Part shown: in pieces, positions 1 to 9,416 of the stretch
Layout of the letters: every line of letters begins with the position of its first letter
How positions within the stretch are numbered: the stretch's first letter is position 1
Source of the DNA: an uncultured Methanobrevibacter sp.
Lineage (GTDB): Archaea; Methanobacteriota; Methanobacteria; Methanobacteriales; Methanobacteriaceae
Direction of reading: 5' to 3'
DNA: 64,000 nt
NCBI RefSeq assembly: GCF_947169325.1
Contig: NZ_CAMVPN010000001.1
Location: forward strand, 16,089 to 80,088
Notes under the pieces: generated by a model
The model's input: the letters and a program-made list of their open reading frames with translations, nothing else
What the model was told of the DNA's origin: nothing
Databases searched by the model: none
Position numbers and translations under genes: made by a program

Positions 1-2401
1 TCGATTTCTATGTTGTAGGCGTTGTTCATGAAGATGGAGTCCTTGATTATGTTGCTTTGATCAGATTTTTCTATGTAAACTGTGTTGGGTCCTCTGTTGT
101 TGATGTAAATTCCTGTTATTGTTGTGTTGGTTAGTGTGTTGCGGAAGGTGTTTGCTCCTCCGTATCGTGCTTTGTTGCTTGTGTAGTTTCCGTTGATTGT
201 TGTGTTGGTTAGTGTGCCGTAGAAGTGGTTTGCTCCTCCAATACTTGCGGTGTTGTTGTTGTATGTTCCTGTTATTGTTGTGTTTAAGGTCTGTATGAAG
301 TGGTTTGCTCCTCCGTTAAGTGCGTAGTTGTTGTTGTATGTTCCATTTATTGTTGTGTTTGTTAGTGTGCCGTAGAAGGCGTTTGCTCCTCCTTCTATTG
401 TTGCGGTGTTGTGGTTGTATGTTCCGGTTATTGTTGAGTTTGTTAGTGTATTTGTGAAGTGGTTTGCTCCTCCTTCTAGTGTTGCGGTGTTGTGGTTGTA
501 TGTTCCAGTTATTGTTGTGTTGGTTAGTGCATATACGAAGTGGTTTGCTCCTCCTCTGGTTGCGGTGTTGTTGTTGTATGTTCCGGTTATTGTTGAGTTT
601 GTTAGTGTGTTGTAGAAGTGGTTTGCTCCTCCTTCTATTGTTGCGGTGTTGTTTTCAAAGCTGCAGTTTAAGATGTAGGCGTTGCTGCTTTCCCAGTAGA
701 TTGCTCCTCCGTTGCCTGTGGTGTTGCCGTTTGCTAAGATGAGGTTTTTGATTGTTGTGTTGTCTGAGGTGATCTTAAATATTCTTGTGGATTGGTTTGC
801 GTTGATTGTGTGTCCGTTTCCGTTTATTGTAAGCGGTTTGTCGATGATGATTCCTTCGGTTATTGTGTCGAAGCCTTGGGTGTATGTGTGGCTGCGGTTC
901 AGGTTAATTGTGCTGTTTTTCTGGGCGTTGTTGATTATGCTTTGCAGGATGTCGAAGTCTCCTGTGCCTTTTGTATATGATGCTGTTTCATAGCTTGCTT
1001 TCAGGCTTATTTTTTCATCTTCAGGTGTGATTGGGATGTTTAGATTTCCGTTTTTCATGGTTTGTGTGTCAGGTACTTTTATGTTTTTTCCGGTGAGTGT
1101 CATGTTTATGTCCGGCAGTTTGCAGTTGTCGTCTTTGCTTGTTTGCTTGTTTTTGTAGAGGTTGTTTAGGCTTACTGTTGCATCGGTGTCGTTTAGGGTG
1201 ATGTCGAGGAAGTACCAGTTGTCTGCTGTGATTCTCCATGAGTTGGTTATGTCGGTGTCGTAGTTTGATGCGGTGTTTCCAAACCAGCAGTTTGTGACCT
1301 GAATGTTTCCGTTTCCGACATATATGTTGCCTGTGTTGTTTATGAAGATGGAGTCCTTGATTAAGCTGTTTTGATTAGATTCTACTATGTAAACTGTGTT
1401 GGATCCTCTGTTGTTGATGTAAATTCCTGTTATTGTTGTGTTGGTTAGTGTGTTGCGGAAGGTGTTTGCTCCTCCTATATCTGCTTTGTTGTGGTTGTAG
1501 TTTCCGGTTATTGTTGTGTTGGTTAGTTTTTCGTTGAAGTTGTTTGCTCCTCCTCTTTGTGCGGTGTTGTTGTTGTAGTTTCCGTTTATTGTTGAGTTAG
1601 CTAGTGCTTTCTCGAAGTGGTTTGCTCCTCCGTTAAGTGCGTCGTTGTTGTTGTATGTTCCATTTATTGTTGTGTTTGTTAGTGTGTTTTGGAAGTGGTT
1701 TGCTCCTCCGTATGTTGCGGTGTTGTTGTTGTATGTTCCGTTTATTGTTGTGTTTGTTAGTGTGCTCCAGAAGTAGTTTGCTCCTCCATTATCGTGTGCT
1801 TTGTTGTGGTTATAGTTTCCGTTTATTGTTGAGTTAGCTAGTGCTTTATCGAAGTAGTTTGCTCCTCCGTTGTATGTTGCGATGTTGTTTTCAAAGCTGC
1901 AGTTTAAGATGTGGGCATTGTTGCTCGCCCAGTAGATTGCTCCTCCCTTGCCTTGGGTTTTGCCGTTTATGAGAGTGAGGTTTTTGATTGTCACGTTGTC
2001 TGAGGTGATCTTAAATATTCTTGTGGATTGCTGTGCATTGATTGTAAATCCGTTTCCGTTTATTGTCAGTGGTTTGTCGATGATTATTCCTTCGGTTATT
2101 GTGTCAAGGCCTTGGGTGTATGTGTAGCTGCGGTTTAGGTTTATGGTGGTGTTTTCCTGGGCTTTGCTGATTATGTTTTGCAGGAGTTCGAAGTCGCCTA
2201 TGCTTTTTGTGTATGATGCTGTTTCATAGCTTGCTTTCAGGCTTATTCCACTTCCTGTAGGTGTGATTGGGATGTTTAGGTTTCCGTTTTTCATGGTTTG
2301 TGTGTCGGGTACTTTCATGTTTGTTGCGGTGAGTGTCATGTTTATGTCCGGCAGTTTGCAGTTATCGTCTTTGATTACATTTCCGTTTTTGTAGAGGTTG
2401 T
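1..2401 (-). pseudogene. adhesin-like surface protein, distal portion (two further ~1.24-kb repeat modules of GGAN-type beta-helix repeats). It is out of frame with ORF 2402..3394 and its 3' end lies beyond the window start.
   Basis: My manual minus-strand translation is open from ~2400 to position 1. It reads ...LNNLYKNGNVIKDDNCKLPDINMTLT...GGAIYW...NGGANYF...NCWFGNTASNYDTD...LDITLNDTDATVSLNNLYKN.... It is absent from the ORF track, presumably because there is no in-window stop. It repeats the architecture of ORF 2402..3394. Confidence 0.6.
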
Positions 2402-3394
2402 TTAGCTTACTGTTGCATTGGTGTCGTTTAGGGTGATGTCGAGGAAGTACCAGTTGTCTGTTGTGATTCCTTGTGAGTTGGTCATGTCTGTGTTGTAGTT
2501 TGATGCGGTGTTTCCAAACCAGCAGTTTGTGACCTGGATGTTTCCGTTTTTGACTCGTATATTGTTGCCGGTGTTGTTTATGAATATGGAGTCTTTGATT
2601 ATGTTGCTTTGATCAGATTCTTGTATGTAAACTGTGTTGGATCCTCTGTTGTTGATGAATGTTGCAGTTATTGTTGTGTTGGTTAGTGCTTTCTCGAAGT
2701 GGTTTGCTCCTCCTCCGTATTCTGCGGTGTTGTGGTTGTAGTTTCCGGTTATTGTTGTGTTTGTTAGTGTGCCGTAGAAGGTGTTTGCTCCTCCCTGGTC
2801 TGCGGTGTTGTGGTTGTAGTTTCCGTTTATTGTTGAGTTAGTTAGTGCTTTATCGAAGTTGTTTGCTCCTCCGAGTGTTGCTGTGTTGTTTTCAAAGCTG
2901 CAGTTTAAGATGTGGGCATTGCTGCTGTCCCAGAAGATTGCTCCTCCGAAGTCGTTGGTGTTGCCGTTTATGAACGTGATGTCTTTTAAAACCACATCGT
3001 CATGTTGTATGTATAATATCCTTGATTTTTTCTGGGCGTCCAGGACGGTGCCTGTTTTGCCGATAAGGTTAATGGATTTAATCACAATGATTTCATTTCC
3101 ATCTCCAAAATATGTGATTCCATCAAGGTAGACGGTGCCTCCGTCGTCTGCACGCAAAATCGCATTTTGGATGTCTTTGAAGCTGTTTCCGGTCACGTTG
3201 ATTTCCTTTGCCTTGAGCATGGGAGTATCCTCTGCGGCGAGGATTTCATCGGCGGGTTCGTAGTTCATCATTTCAATTTCGGTTGTATCCTGTGCCATGC
3301 TGGCATCTGTGGTGTTGTCAGCAGCGCTTGAGGCTGTGATTGCAAGCAGGCCTACAAGAAATATTGCAAGCAGTATTGTTGTTTTTTTTAGCAA
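2402..3394 (-). CDS. adhesin-like protein, N-terminal ORF with signal peptide and beta-helix (GGAN/GGAIF) repeats, truncated by a 1-nt frameshift
   Basis: The 330-aa ORF starts MLKKTTILLAIFLVGLLAITASSAADN (signal peptide) and carries repeats of the type NNTA..GGANxF...LTNTTITGNYNHN. It ends ...LDITLNDTNATVS* exactly where the downstream paralogous repeat reads ...DATVSLNNLYKN. Confidence 0.75.
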   Translation of the reverse strand: MLKKTTILLAIFLVGLLAITASSAADNTTDASMAQDTTEIEMMNYEPADEILAAEDTPMLKAKEINVTGNSFKDIQNAILRADDGGTVYLDGITYFGDGNEIIVIKSINLIGKTGTVLDAQKKSRILYIQHDDVVLKDITFINGNTNDFGGAIFWDSSNAHILNCSFENNTATLGGANNFDKALTNSTINGNYNHNTADQGGANTFYGTLTNTTITGNYNHNTAEYGGGANHFEKALTNTTITATFINNRGSNTVYIQESDQSNIIKDSIFINNTGNNIRVKNGNIQVTNCWFGNTASNYNTDMTNSQGITTDNWYFLDITLNDTNATVS

Positions 3395-3607
3395 ACTTGA
3401 TTCCTCCAGTAAAAAATTATCTTAAACTGATATGTTATTTGAACAACATCCATATTAATGTTATCCATTAAATATGATTTTCAATTGTTTTTGCAATTTG
3501 GACCCCATTATTTAGACAATCGGGCAATATGTTGTCAGTGATGCCGATTGCATAAATCCGGCTTCAAGCAAAAACCTTATTTTTATGAAACTAGATATAA
3601 TATATTC

Positions 3608-4201
3608 ATGACGGTAATGAGAAAACTTTCAGTGGTAACTATGGATAAGGACAGGATAGATGATGTAAACAGGGTGATATTCAAATATTCCGATTTCGCC
3701 TCCCAGTCATCATCACATCTCATTTTCGATGTGGAGCCGATAAGCATTGACGACATTGTCGAAGACCTCACCTTCTTTAATATCACAGGTGAAAGCGATG
3801 CAATAATCGATGCAAAATTAAAGGAAATGGTCAAGGAGCTCAATGAGCTCGGAACCGATTATTCAATAAGGAACATGGATACCGGAAAGTTCTACACCAC
3901 AATAGAATCTGTCGGAGCCATAAAAATCAGCCTGGAAAATCTCAAGACAATACCGAAAGGAACCTACAAACAGATAGACCAGTGGAAAAACGTGATAACC
4001 GAATACGGATATTGCAAGGGCTACAAGCCGCTATTCCGTCCGATTGAAGGAATTTTAATTGAAGATCTGGAAGTTAAAGAGGAAATCATCTATCTCTTTT
4101 CCACACCTGCCGAAAACATGGCGAAGCTCATTGACTATATCTCCGAAAAGATATCCGAAATCAATCCTGAACTTAAGATAGAATCAGTGATTTATAAATG
4201 A
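3608..4201 (+). CDS. hypothetical protein
   Basis: The track ORF 3548..4201 starts at TTG, and the first ATG is at 3608 (MTVMRKL...). I recognise no motif. The composition is coding-like. Confidence 0.45.
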   Translation: MTVMRKLSVVTMDKDRIDDVNRVIFKYSDFASQSSSHLIFDVEPISIDDIVEDLTFFNITGESDAIIDAKLKEMVKELNELGTDYSIRNMDTGKFYTTIESVGAIKISLENLKTIPKGTYKQIDQWKNVITEYGYCKGYKPLFRPIEGILIEDLEVKEEIIYLFSTPAENMAKLIDYISEKISEINPELKIESVIYK

Positions 4202-4329
4202 GTGCACGCTTAAGCAACGTCACTCTGTCCTTTTCTATTTTTTAAAGTGCAGTTGCCGGATTGGGAAGTGTGGGAATCCTTTTTTAAAGGCAATCGGTAT
4301 TGATTGCGGCATTCATCTGCTTGTGTCTC

Positions 4330-5165
4330 TTTACATGCTTTTAGTAACATTGACGGTTGGGTTTTGCGGTTATGTATGCGGTTGTTAATGTAATTGTCTG
4401 TTTTTGTCATTTTTGCATATTTTTAGTAACAGTTTAGTGACATTAACGGTTGGGGTTTGCGGTATTGTCTTTGTTGGTGTTGGTTTTAATTGGCTGGTTT
4501 TGACATTAACGGCTGGCATTTGCGGTTTTAGAGGTGTTTGGATTTGAGGATATATATGCAGGTTCTGTTTTGCGGTTGTTAATGTGGAATAGTGGATGGT
4601 AATGTCGGTTTTGTCTTTTTTGGTTTGGTTCATGTTATTCACATTAACGGTCGGCTTTTGCAGTTTTTGATTTGTTTGGATTTTGGTATATTGTGTTTTG
4701 TCATTTTTATATGTATTTTATTGTTGTTTAATCGGTTTTGTTCGGCTTTGATTAATTTTAATAACATCATTGTGACATTAACGGCTGACATTTGCGGTTT
4801 TGGGACTGTTTGGTTTTGTGGATATATATGCAGGTCTAATTATTGGGTTGTTGATGCGTAATCGTGGATGGTAATGTCATTGTCCGTTTTTGTCATTTTT
4901 GCATATTTTTAGTAACAGTTTAGTGACATTGACGGTTGTGTTTTGTGGATTTGTCTTTGTCGGTGTTGGTTTTAATTGGCCGGTTTTGACATTAACGGTT
5001 GGGTTTGTTTGGTTTTGCGGATATATATGCAGGTTCTGTTTTGAGGTTGTTAATGTCGCTTTTTGGTTGGATGCAGCTGTTATCTGTTTTGTTTTGGTTG
5101 TGTTGGTTTTAATTGGCCAGTTTTAGTGACATTGACGGTTGTGTTTTGCGGTTGTTAATGTCAAT
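4330..5165. repeat. G/T-rich noncoding repeat array (TGACATTAACGG family): two ~485-bp tandem units built from ~130-bp subrepeats
   Basis: tgacatt[ag]acgg occurs at about 4350, 4439, 4501, 4641, 4774, 4924, 4988 and 5127. The subunit is gttggttttaattggc.ggttttgacattaacgg...tttgcgg...ggatatatatgcagg...gttgttaatgtggaat.gtggatggtaatgtc. The block tttttgtcatttttgcatatttttagtaacagtttagtgacatt.acggttg is duplicated at ~4394 and ~4880. Confidence 0.85.
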
Positions 5166-5203
5166 TTCACTTGCCTTCATTGCCCTTGGCGGCCATGTCT
5201 ATT

Positions 5204-5228
5204 TTTTATATATCTTGAATTCAAGATA
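5204..5228 (+). promoter_or_regulatory. TATA-like box (TTTTATATAT) abutting an 18-bp perfect palindrome TATCTTGAATTCAAGATA, upstream of the STAND gene
   Basis: TTTTATATAT lies at 5204..5213 and the palindrome at 5211..5228, 57 nt upstream of the ATG at 5285. GGAG lies just before the ATG. Confidence 0.4.
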
Positions 5229-5284
5229 GTTAATCAGAAATGATTATTGGCAAACTCATTTTCTAGGATAATGGAGAAAAGATC

Positions 5285-8200
5285 ATGGCAACATTCAGGG
5301 TATTTATTTCATCAAGTTTTCTTGATTTTCAAAATGAAAGAAATGCGCTTCACGAAACGGTTTTTCCAAAGCTTGAAAAGCTCTGCGCTAAGCATGGAGC
5401 TTATTTTCATGCGGTTGATTTGAGATGGGGAATATCTGAAGATGAAGGCAGGGCATACAACACTCTTGACATATGCCTAAATGAGGTGAGAAGGACAGCC
5501 CGGATAACTCCAAGGCCCAACTTCCTAATCCTTGCAGGCGACAGGTATGGATGGAGACCTCTTCCTCTTCAAATACGTGAAAAGCTATTTAAGAAGTTAA
5601 TCCGGGCATCTTCAGATGACGACAGGGGAATAATCGAATCCGAATGGGTCAGGGATTCAAATGCCATGGATCCGATTTACGTCCTCAAAGACAGGAGGGA
5701 AGCATCAGAAAATGAAGTTTCCATCAGATCGGCGCTGGATAGGACAACTGAGAAAGCGGATTTAAGCGAAAGGGAAGTGATTGAGATTTCCGCTTCTGCA
5801 ACACACAGGGAAATCCTTGCACGTGAAGAGCTTCCCGAATACATTTCAGGAAACGTTCACTGCGTCATCAGAAACCTCAACGCAGTTCCGGCGAACCTTC
5901 TTCAGGAATTCTATGATGTTGGATTCAACGGTGATTTGGACTATCCTGCCATGAGAATGTCATCACACCTCAAGGACATCCTGAAAAAGGCATTTCCGGA
6001 TGCCTACACATACGCTGCCGACATTTCCGGAGACGGGAAATTCAGTGATGAGGTGATTATTGAAAAGTTTTGCGATGAAGTGTATCGCAGGCTTGAGAAG
6101 AACATCCTTGCTGAGCTTGAAAAGATGGAGGAGCATCCGATGGCCGATGAAGTGCGCCATCACTGGAATTACGCCGGCAAATGCCATGAAAACTTCCAAT
6201 TGGGAAGCCGTTCGAAACTGAAGCTACCTGAAATGTCAAGGTTTAGGGGCCTTTGGAAGGAGGATGTTGTCCTCATTGGAGATGAAGGCTGCGGCATGAG
6301 CATGCTCATGGGGGAACTTGCCTTTAGAGTAAGGCGCAAATCCAAAAGGTCCACGGTCATCCCCCGTTTCATTGCCGAGAGCGGAAATGCCGCAGACATA
6401 AACGGCCTTTTGAGGAGTGTGCTTGCAGAAGCGGGAGTGGAAAATGCCGACTCCATTTCAGACCCCCAGCTCTACATCCAAAACAATCCTTTCACATCAC
6501 CTGTGGTTATCCTGATTGACGGTGTTGAGAATGCAAAAAATCCGAAATGGCTTGTGCGCTATCTTATGGACCTTGAAGATGCGAATCTTCGCATTTACAT
6601 GTCAATGACACGTGATTTCTACGCTTCATTTCCGGACAATGTCAAAAGAAGGCATCGCCTTGTTGAAGTGCCTCCCCTTGATGTGAAGGATGCCTCTGAA
6701 ATTCTAAAGCATTCGCTTGCCCTTAAGGCAAGAAGGCTCACACGAATGCAGAGCGATGCAATCCTTGATGCATTCGCCAAAAAGAGGGACTTGAAGTTTT
6801 TAAACGACATGATTCATGATGCCTCAACCTGGAGAGGGGACATGACTCCTCAAATATCTCTGCATTCCCACAGTGATGTGCTTGATGACTATTTCACTGG
6901 ACTTGGAGATGAAAGGCGGGTGAACAGGCTTCTGTGCCTTCACACTGTGAGATTCATTCTCGCTTCAAGGGAGGGACTCTCTGATGATGAGCTGTTGGGA
7001 CTGCTTGCAGGCCAAAAGGAAGTCATGGATGAACTCAAGATGCACAGTTTCCATGAGTTCAGCGAAGGAAAGATTCCTTTCATGTATCTTTCACGCTTTC
7101 TTGAAACATTAAGGCCATTTCTCAAGGAGAACCTAAGCGAAGGAAAGATTGTTCTTCGCTTTGCGGATTCAGTTGCCGTTGATGCCGCCTCAAAATACGC
7201 ATGGAACGGGCAGGATGGGGATTTGCAAATCAGGAAAACCCGCATTGCAATGGCAGACTACTTTGAAGAGAAACTTGGCGACATTTTTCGAACCATGATT
7301 GCGGCAATCGCCGATTCTTTTGGAGGATCTATTGCAGACTACAGAACAAGGCTCAACTCCAGAATCGCCCTTGAATATCCATGGCAGCTTCTTGAGGCGC
7401 AAGAGTATGAAAGGCTCTATCACTTCATCTCAAACAGACAATACTTCACTTTTCTCTGCGACAGGAATCTGGCATACATGCTGAGCTATTGGACTGCTGT
7501 TGAAAAGCACACTGACCATTCAATCAGGGACAGCTTCAGCGACATCTTCGAAAAGGCCCAGCATGAAGAGGAGATTGATGACAGCATACTGAGACCTCTT
7601 TTGGACCTCATGACAGCTCACGGAGGATTGGGCGATGAGATTTCCATCATAAGTATGGCCGATACAAAAGGAGCATTTGCGCAAAACTCAGACTACGTGC
7701 ATGGCCAAAGCCTGCTTGATGAGGCAAGATACGCCGAAGCTCTTGAACATGGCGAAAAGATGATGGCCGCTTCAGCTGAAGGCACCATTCAGAGATTCGA
7801 TGCCATTTACCTCAAAGCCCAGGCACTATACAGGATGGAAAAATACGAGGATGCTCTTTCAGTTTTCAAGGAACTTGAAAACCTCGCCAATAGCCTTCAG
7901 GAGCGATCAAGGATTTTTTCAGCCGTAAAATGGCAGGCCTCATGCTACAAGGCCATGGGCATGCAGGACGAAGCCATGGACAGATACATGATGCTTGAAG
8001 ACTATGTGGATGAGGATTCAGACGCCAGTGAAGCGATAGTCGCACTCTTTGAAGCGGCCACCGGAATTGCAATGTTCAAAAACATGTATGAAGGCGCTGA
8101 AAGGCTCACAGCAGCAATGAACATGGCAGAAAAGCTTGGAAACCGCACATGGCTTGACACAATATATCACACTGCTGTAATGCTCTTTTCCCTGACCGGG

Positions 8201-8980
8201 GATCGTCCCGAACAGGCGGAGGAAGTCTTTAAAAAATGGATCGCGCTGAAGCTTGAAGACAACCCTGATTTCGACATTCCAAATGACATCCTAAGCAATT
8301 ATTTCAATGCGGTATACAAGCTCTATACTGAAGAGACAGGATTTTCAATAGAGATGTACGACGTCATGAAAAGGACAGGTGCAATACATGAGGAACTCAG
8401 TCGTGACGGGACTTCCCATGGAAGGCTGATTGCAAAGTCATACGAATATATTCTCGACAATATGCTTCCTGCATTGAGCTATTATGTGGAACACCGCAAT
8501 GGAAATGCGGAATGCTTTAAAAACGCAATGAACAAGGTGATTGAGGAAAGATTCGAGGGATACATGGATGGAACAAACGAAAACTACCGGAAAATCATAG
8601 ACTTGATTCACACTCAGGATGCAGGAGGGCAATTGTCTGACGAGGACCTGCGCACAATGAACTTCTTCCTTATGGGGATGGCCCTTAAACTGGGATTCAA
8701 GGACTTTTTAGCCCTGACAATAGTTGATGAAAACAAAGAATGTGCCAGAATGGTCCTTGGAATTTACAATAATGTATATGTCAGGCAGGTTGACTGGTGG
8801 AGGGAAAACATCCCCTACAACGCCTATAAACTGCGTATGAAGTACAACGGTATGGTGGATAAAATGTATGATGGCGTGAATGCGGAAGTTGAAAAAATGC
8901 TTGAAGGGGAAGATTCGAATTTTAGAGCAGTGCATGACCGCCTGCTTCAACAGAAAAAGGAGCACGATTCGGATAGGTGA
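5285..8980 (+). CDS. STAND-type protein: DUF4062-like N-domain, P-loop NTPase-like core with Walker A Lys replaced by Met, and C-terminal TPR-like helical repeats
   Basis: The N-terminus FRVFISSSFLDFQNERNALHETVFPKLEKLC...VDLRWGI...LILAGDRYGWRPLP matches my recollection of the DUF4062 (NWD1/TEP1-type) N-domain. The P-loop-like segment is VVLIGDEGCGMSML, with the Met codon at 6296..6298. The Walker B-like segment is PVVILIDGVEN. The C-terminal helical repeats include YLKAQALYRMEKYEDALSVFKEL. Confidence 0.75.
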   Translation: MATFRVFISSSFLDFQNERNALHETVFPKLEKLCAKHGAYFHAVDLRWGISEDEGRAYNTLDICLNEVRRTARITPRPNFLILAGDRYGWRPLPLQIREKLFKKLIRASSDDDRGIIESEWVRDSNAMDPIYVLKDRREASENEVSIRSALDRTTEKADLSEREVIEISASATHREILAREELPEYISGNVHCVIRNLNAVPANLLQEFYDVGFNGDLDYPAMRMSSHLKDILKKAFPDAYTYAADISGDGKFSDEVIIEKFCDEVYRRLEKNILAELEKMEEHPMADEVRHHWNYAGKCHENFQLGSRSKLKLPEMSRFRGLWKEDVVLIGDEGCGMSMLMGELAFRVRRKSKRSTVIPRFIAESGNAADINGLLRSVLAEAGVENADSISDPQLYIQNNPFTSPVVILIDGVENAKNPKWLVRYLMDLEDANLRIYMSMTRDFYASFPDNVKRRHRLVEVPPLDVKDASEILKHSLALKARRLTRMQSDAILDAFAKKRDLKFLNDMIHDASTWRGDMTPQISLHSHSDVLDDYFTGLGDERRVNRLLCLHTVRFILASREGLSDDELLGLLAGQKEVMDELKMHSFHEFSEGKIPFMYLSRFLETLRPFLKENLSEGKIVLRFADSVAVDAASKYAWNGQDGDLQIRKTRIAMADYFEEKLGDIFRTMIAAIADSFGGSIADYRTRLNSRIALEYPWQLLEAQEYERLYHFISNRQYFTFLCDRNLAYMLSYWTAVEKHTDHSIRDSFSDIFEKAQHEEEIDDSILRPLLDLMTAHGGLGDEISIISMADTKGAFAQNSDYVHGQSLLDEARYAEALEHGEKMMAASAEGTIQRFDAIYLKAQALYRMEKYEDALSVFKELENLANSLQERSRIFSAVKWQASCYKAMGMQDEAMDRYMMLEDYVDEDSDASEAIVALFEAATGIAMFKNMYEGAERLTAAMNMAEKLGNRTWLDTIYHTAVMLFSLTGDRPEQAEEVFKKWIALKLEDNPDFDIPNDILSNYFNAVYKLYTEETGFSIEMYDVMKRTGAIHEELSRDGTSHGRLIAKSYEYILDNMLPALSYYVEHRNGNAECFKNAMNKVIEERFEGYMDGTNENYRKIIDLIHTQDAGGQLSDEDLRTMNFFLMGMALKLGFKDFLALTIVDENKECARMVLGIYNNVYVRQVDWWRENIPYNAYKLRMKYNGMVDKMYDGVNAEVEKMLEGEDSNFRAVHDRLLQQKKEHDSDR

Positions 8981-8998
8981 TTTACTTTTCGCAACGTT

Positions 8999-9022
8999 CT
9001 GCATTTTAATGCAGTCTTTTTA
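8999..9022 (+). terminator. hairpin CTGCATT-tt-AATGCAG followed by a T-run
   Basis: A 7-bp perfect stem 19 nt after the stop at 8980 is followed by tctttttatt. Oligo-T is the usual archaeal termination signal. Confidence 0.45.
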
Positions 9023-9062
9023 TTCATGAGTGGTGGGGTCTGCTTTGTTTTAAGTCGGTAGT

Positions 9063-9290
9063 GTTGGTTTTAATTGGTTGGTTTTGACATTAACGGTTGT
9101 GTTTTGCGGTTTTAGAGGTGTTTGGTTTTGCGGATATATATGCCGGTCTAATTATGGGGTTGTTAATGTGGAATCGTGGATGGTAATGTCATTATCATGA
9201 TTGTTGGTGTTATCTGATTGGCTTTTATGGGGAAGTATAAGTTGGTTTTGACATTAACGATTGGGTTTTGCGGTTTTTGACTTGTTTGCT
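9063..9290. repeat. TGACATTAACGG-family repeat: one full ~135-bp unit plus a partial unit
   Basis: Positions 9063..9200 read gttggttttaattggttggttttgacattaacggttgtgttttgcggttttagaggtgtttggttttgcggatatatatgccgg...gttgttaatgtggaatcgtggatggtaatgtc. A second core, tgacattaacgattggg, lies at ~9250, and cgttaatgtcac lies at ~9336. Confidence 0.85.
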
Positions 9291-9416
9291 GTTATGGACA
9301 TATCCTTGCAAAAATTTAGTTTGAGTTTGGCCAGTTCAGTCGTTAATGTCACATTACCACCGGCTTTTAACAAGTTATATTACCATAGCCCAACAATATA
9401 TAATTGGGGGATTGAA

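Noticed and set aside
406-3131. Multiple + strand ORFs with L/C/V/F-rich low-complexity translations (406..615, 464..742, 712..993, 1637..1837, 2659..2841, 2859..3131)
   Set aside because: They are antisense shadows of the minus-strand adhesin-like gene. The repeated FAPP/LLLC strings are the reverse reading of the GGAN...NNT repeats. They have no RBS or independent motif support.
4210-5126. Short ORFs inside the G/T-rich repeats (4210..4410, 4385..4642, 4592..4861, 4890..5126, and also 10081..10317). Two of them share similar T/P/Q/K-rich translations.
   Set aside because: The similarity between them is explained by nucleotide-level repetition. The frames are broken by stops between units. 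The translations are low-complexity with no start-site context. I treat them as noncoding repeats, although decay of an old minus-strand gene cannot be fully excluded.
5963-9004. Minus-strand ORFs nested in the first STAND gene (5963..6199, 6169..6456, 6940..7245, 8708..9004 and others). Similar nested ORFs lie opposite 15421..18357, 23064..26657, 28786..38747 and 51412..53631.
   Set aside because: They overlap long, motif-supported genes on the opposite strand and lack recognisable domains. They are typical shadow ORFs.
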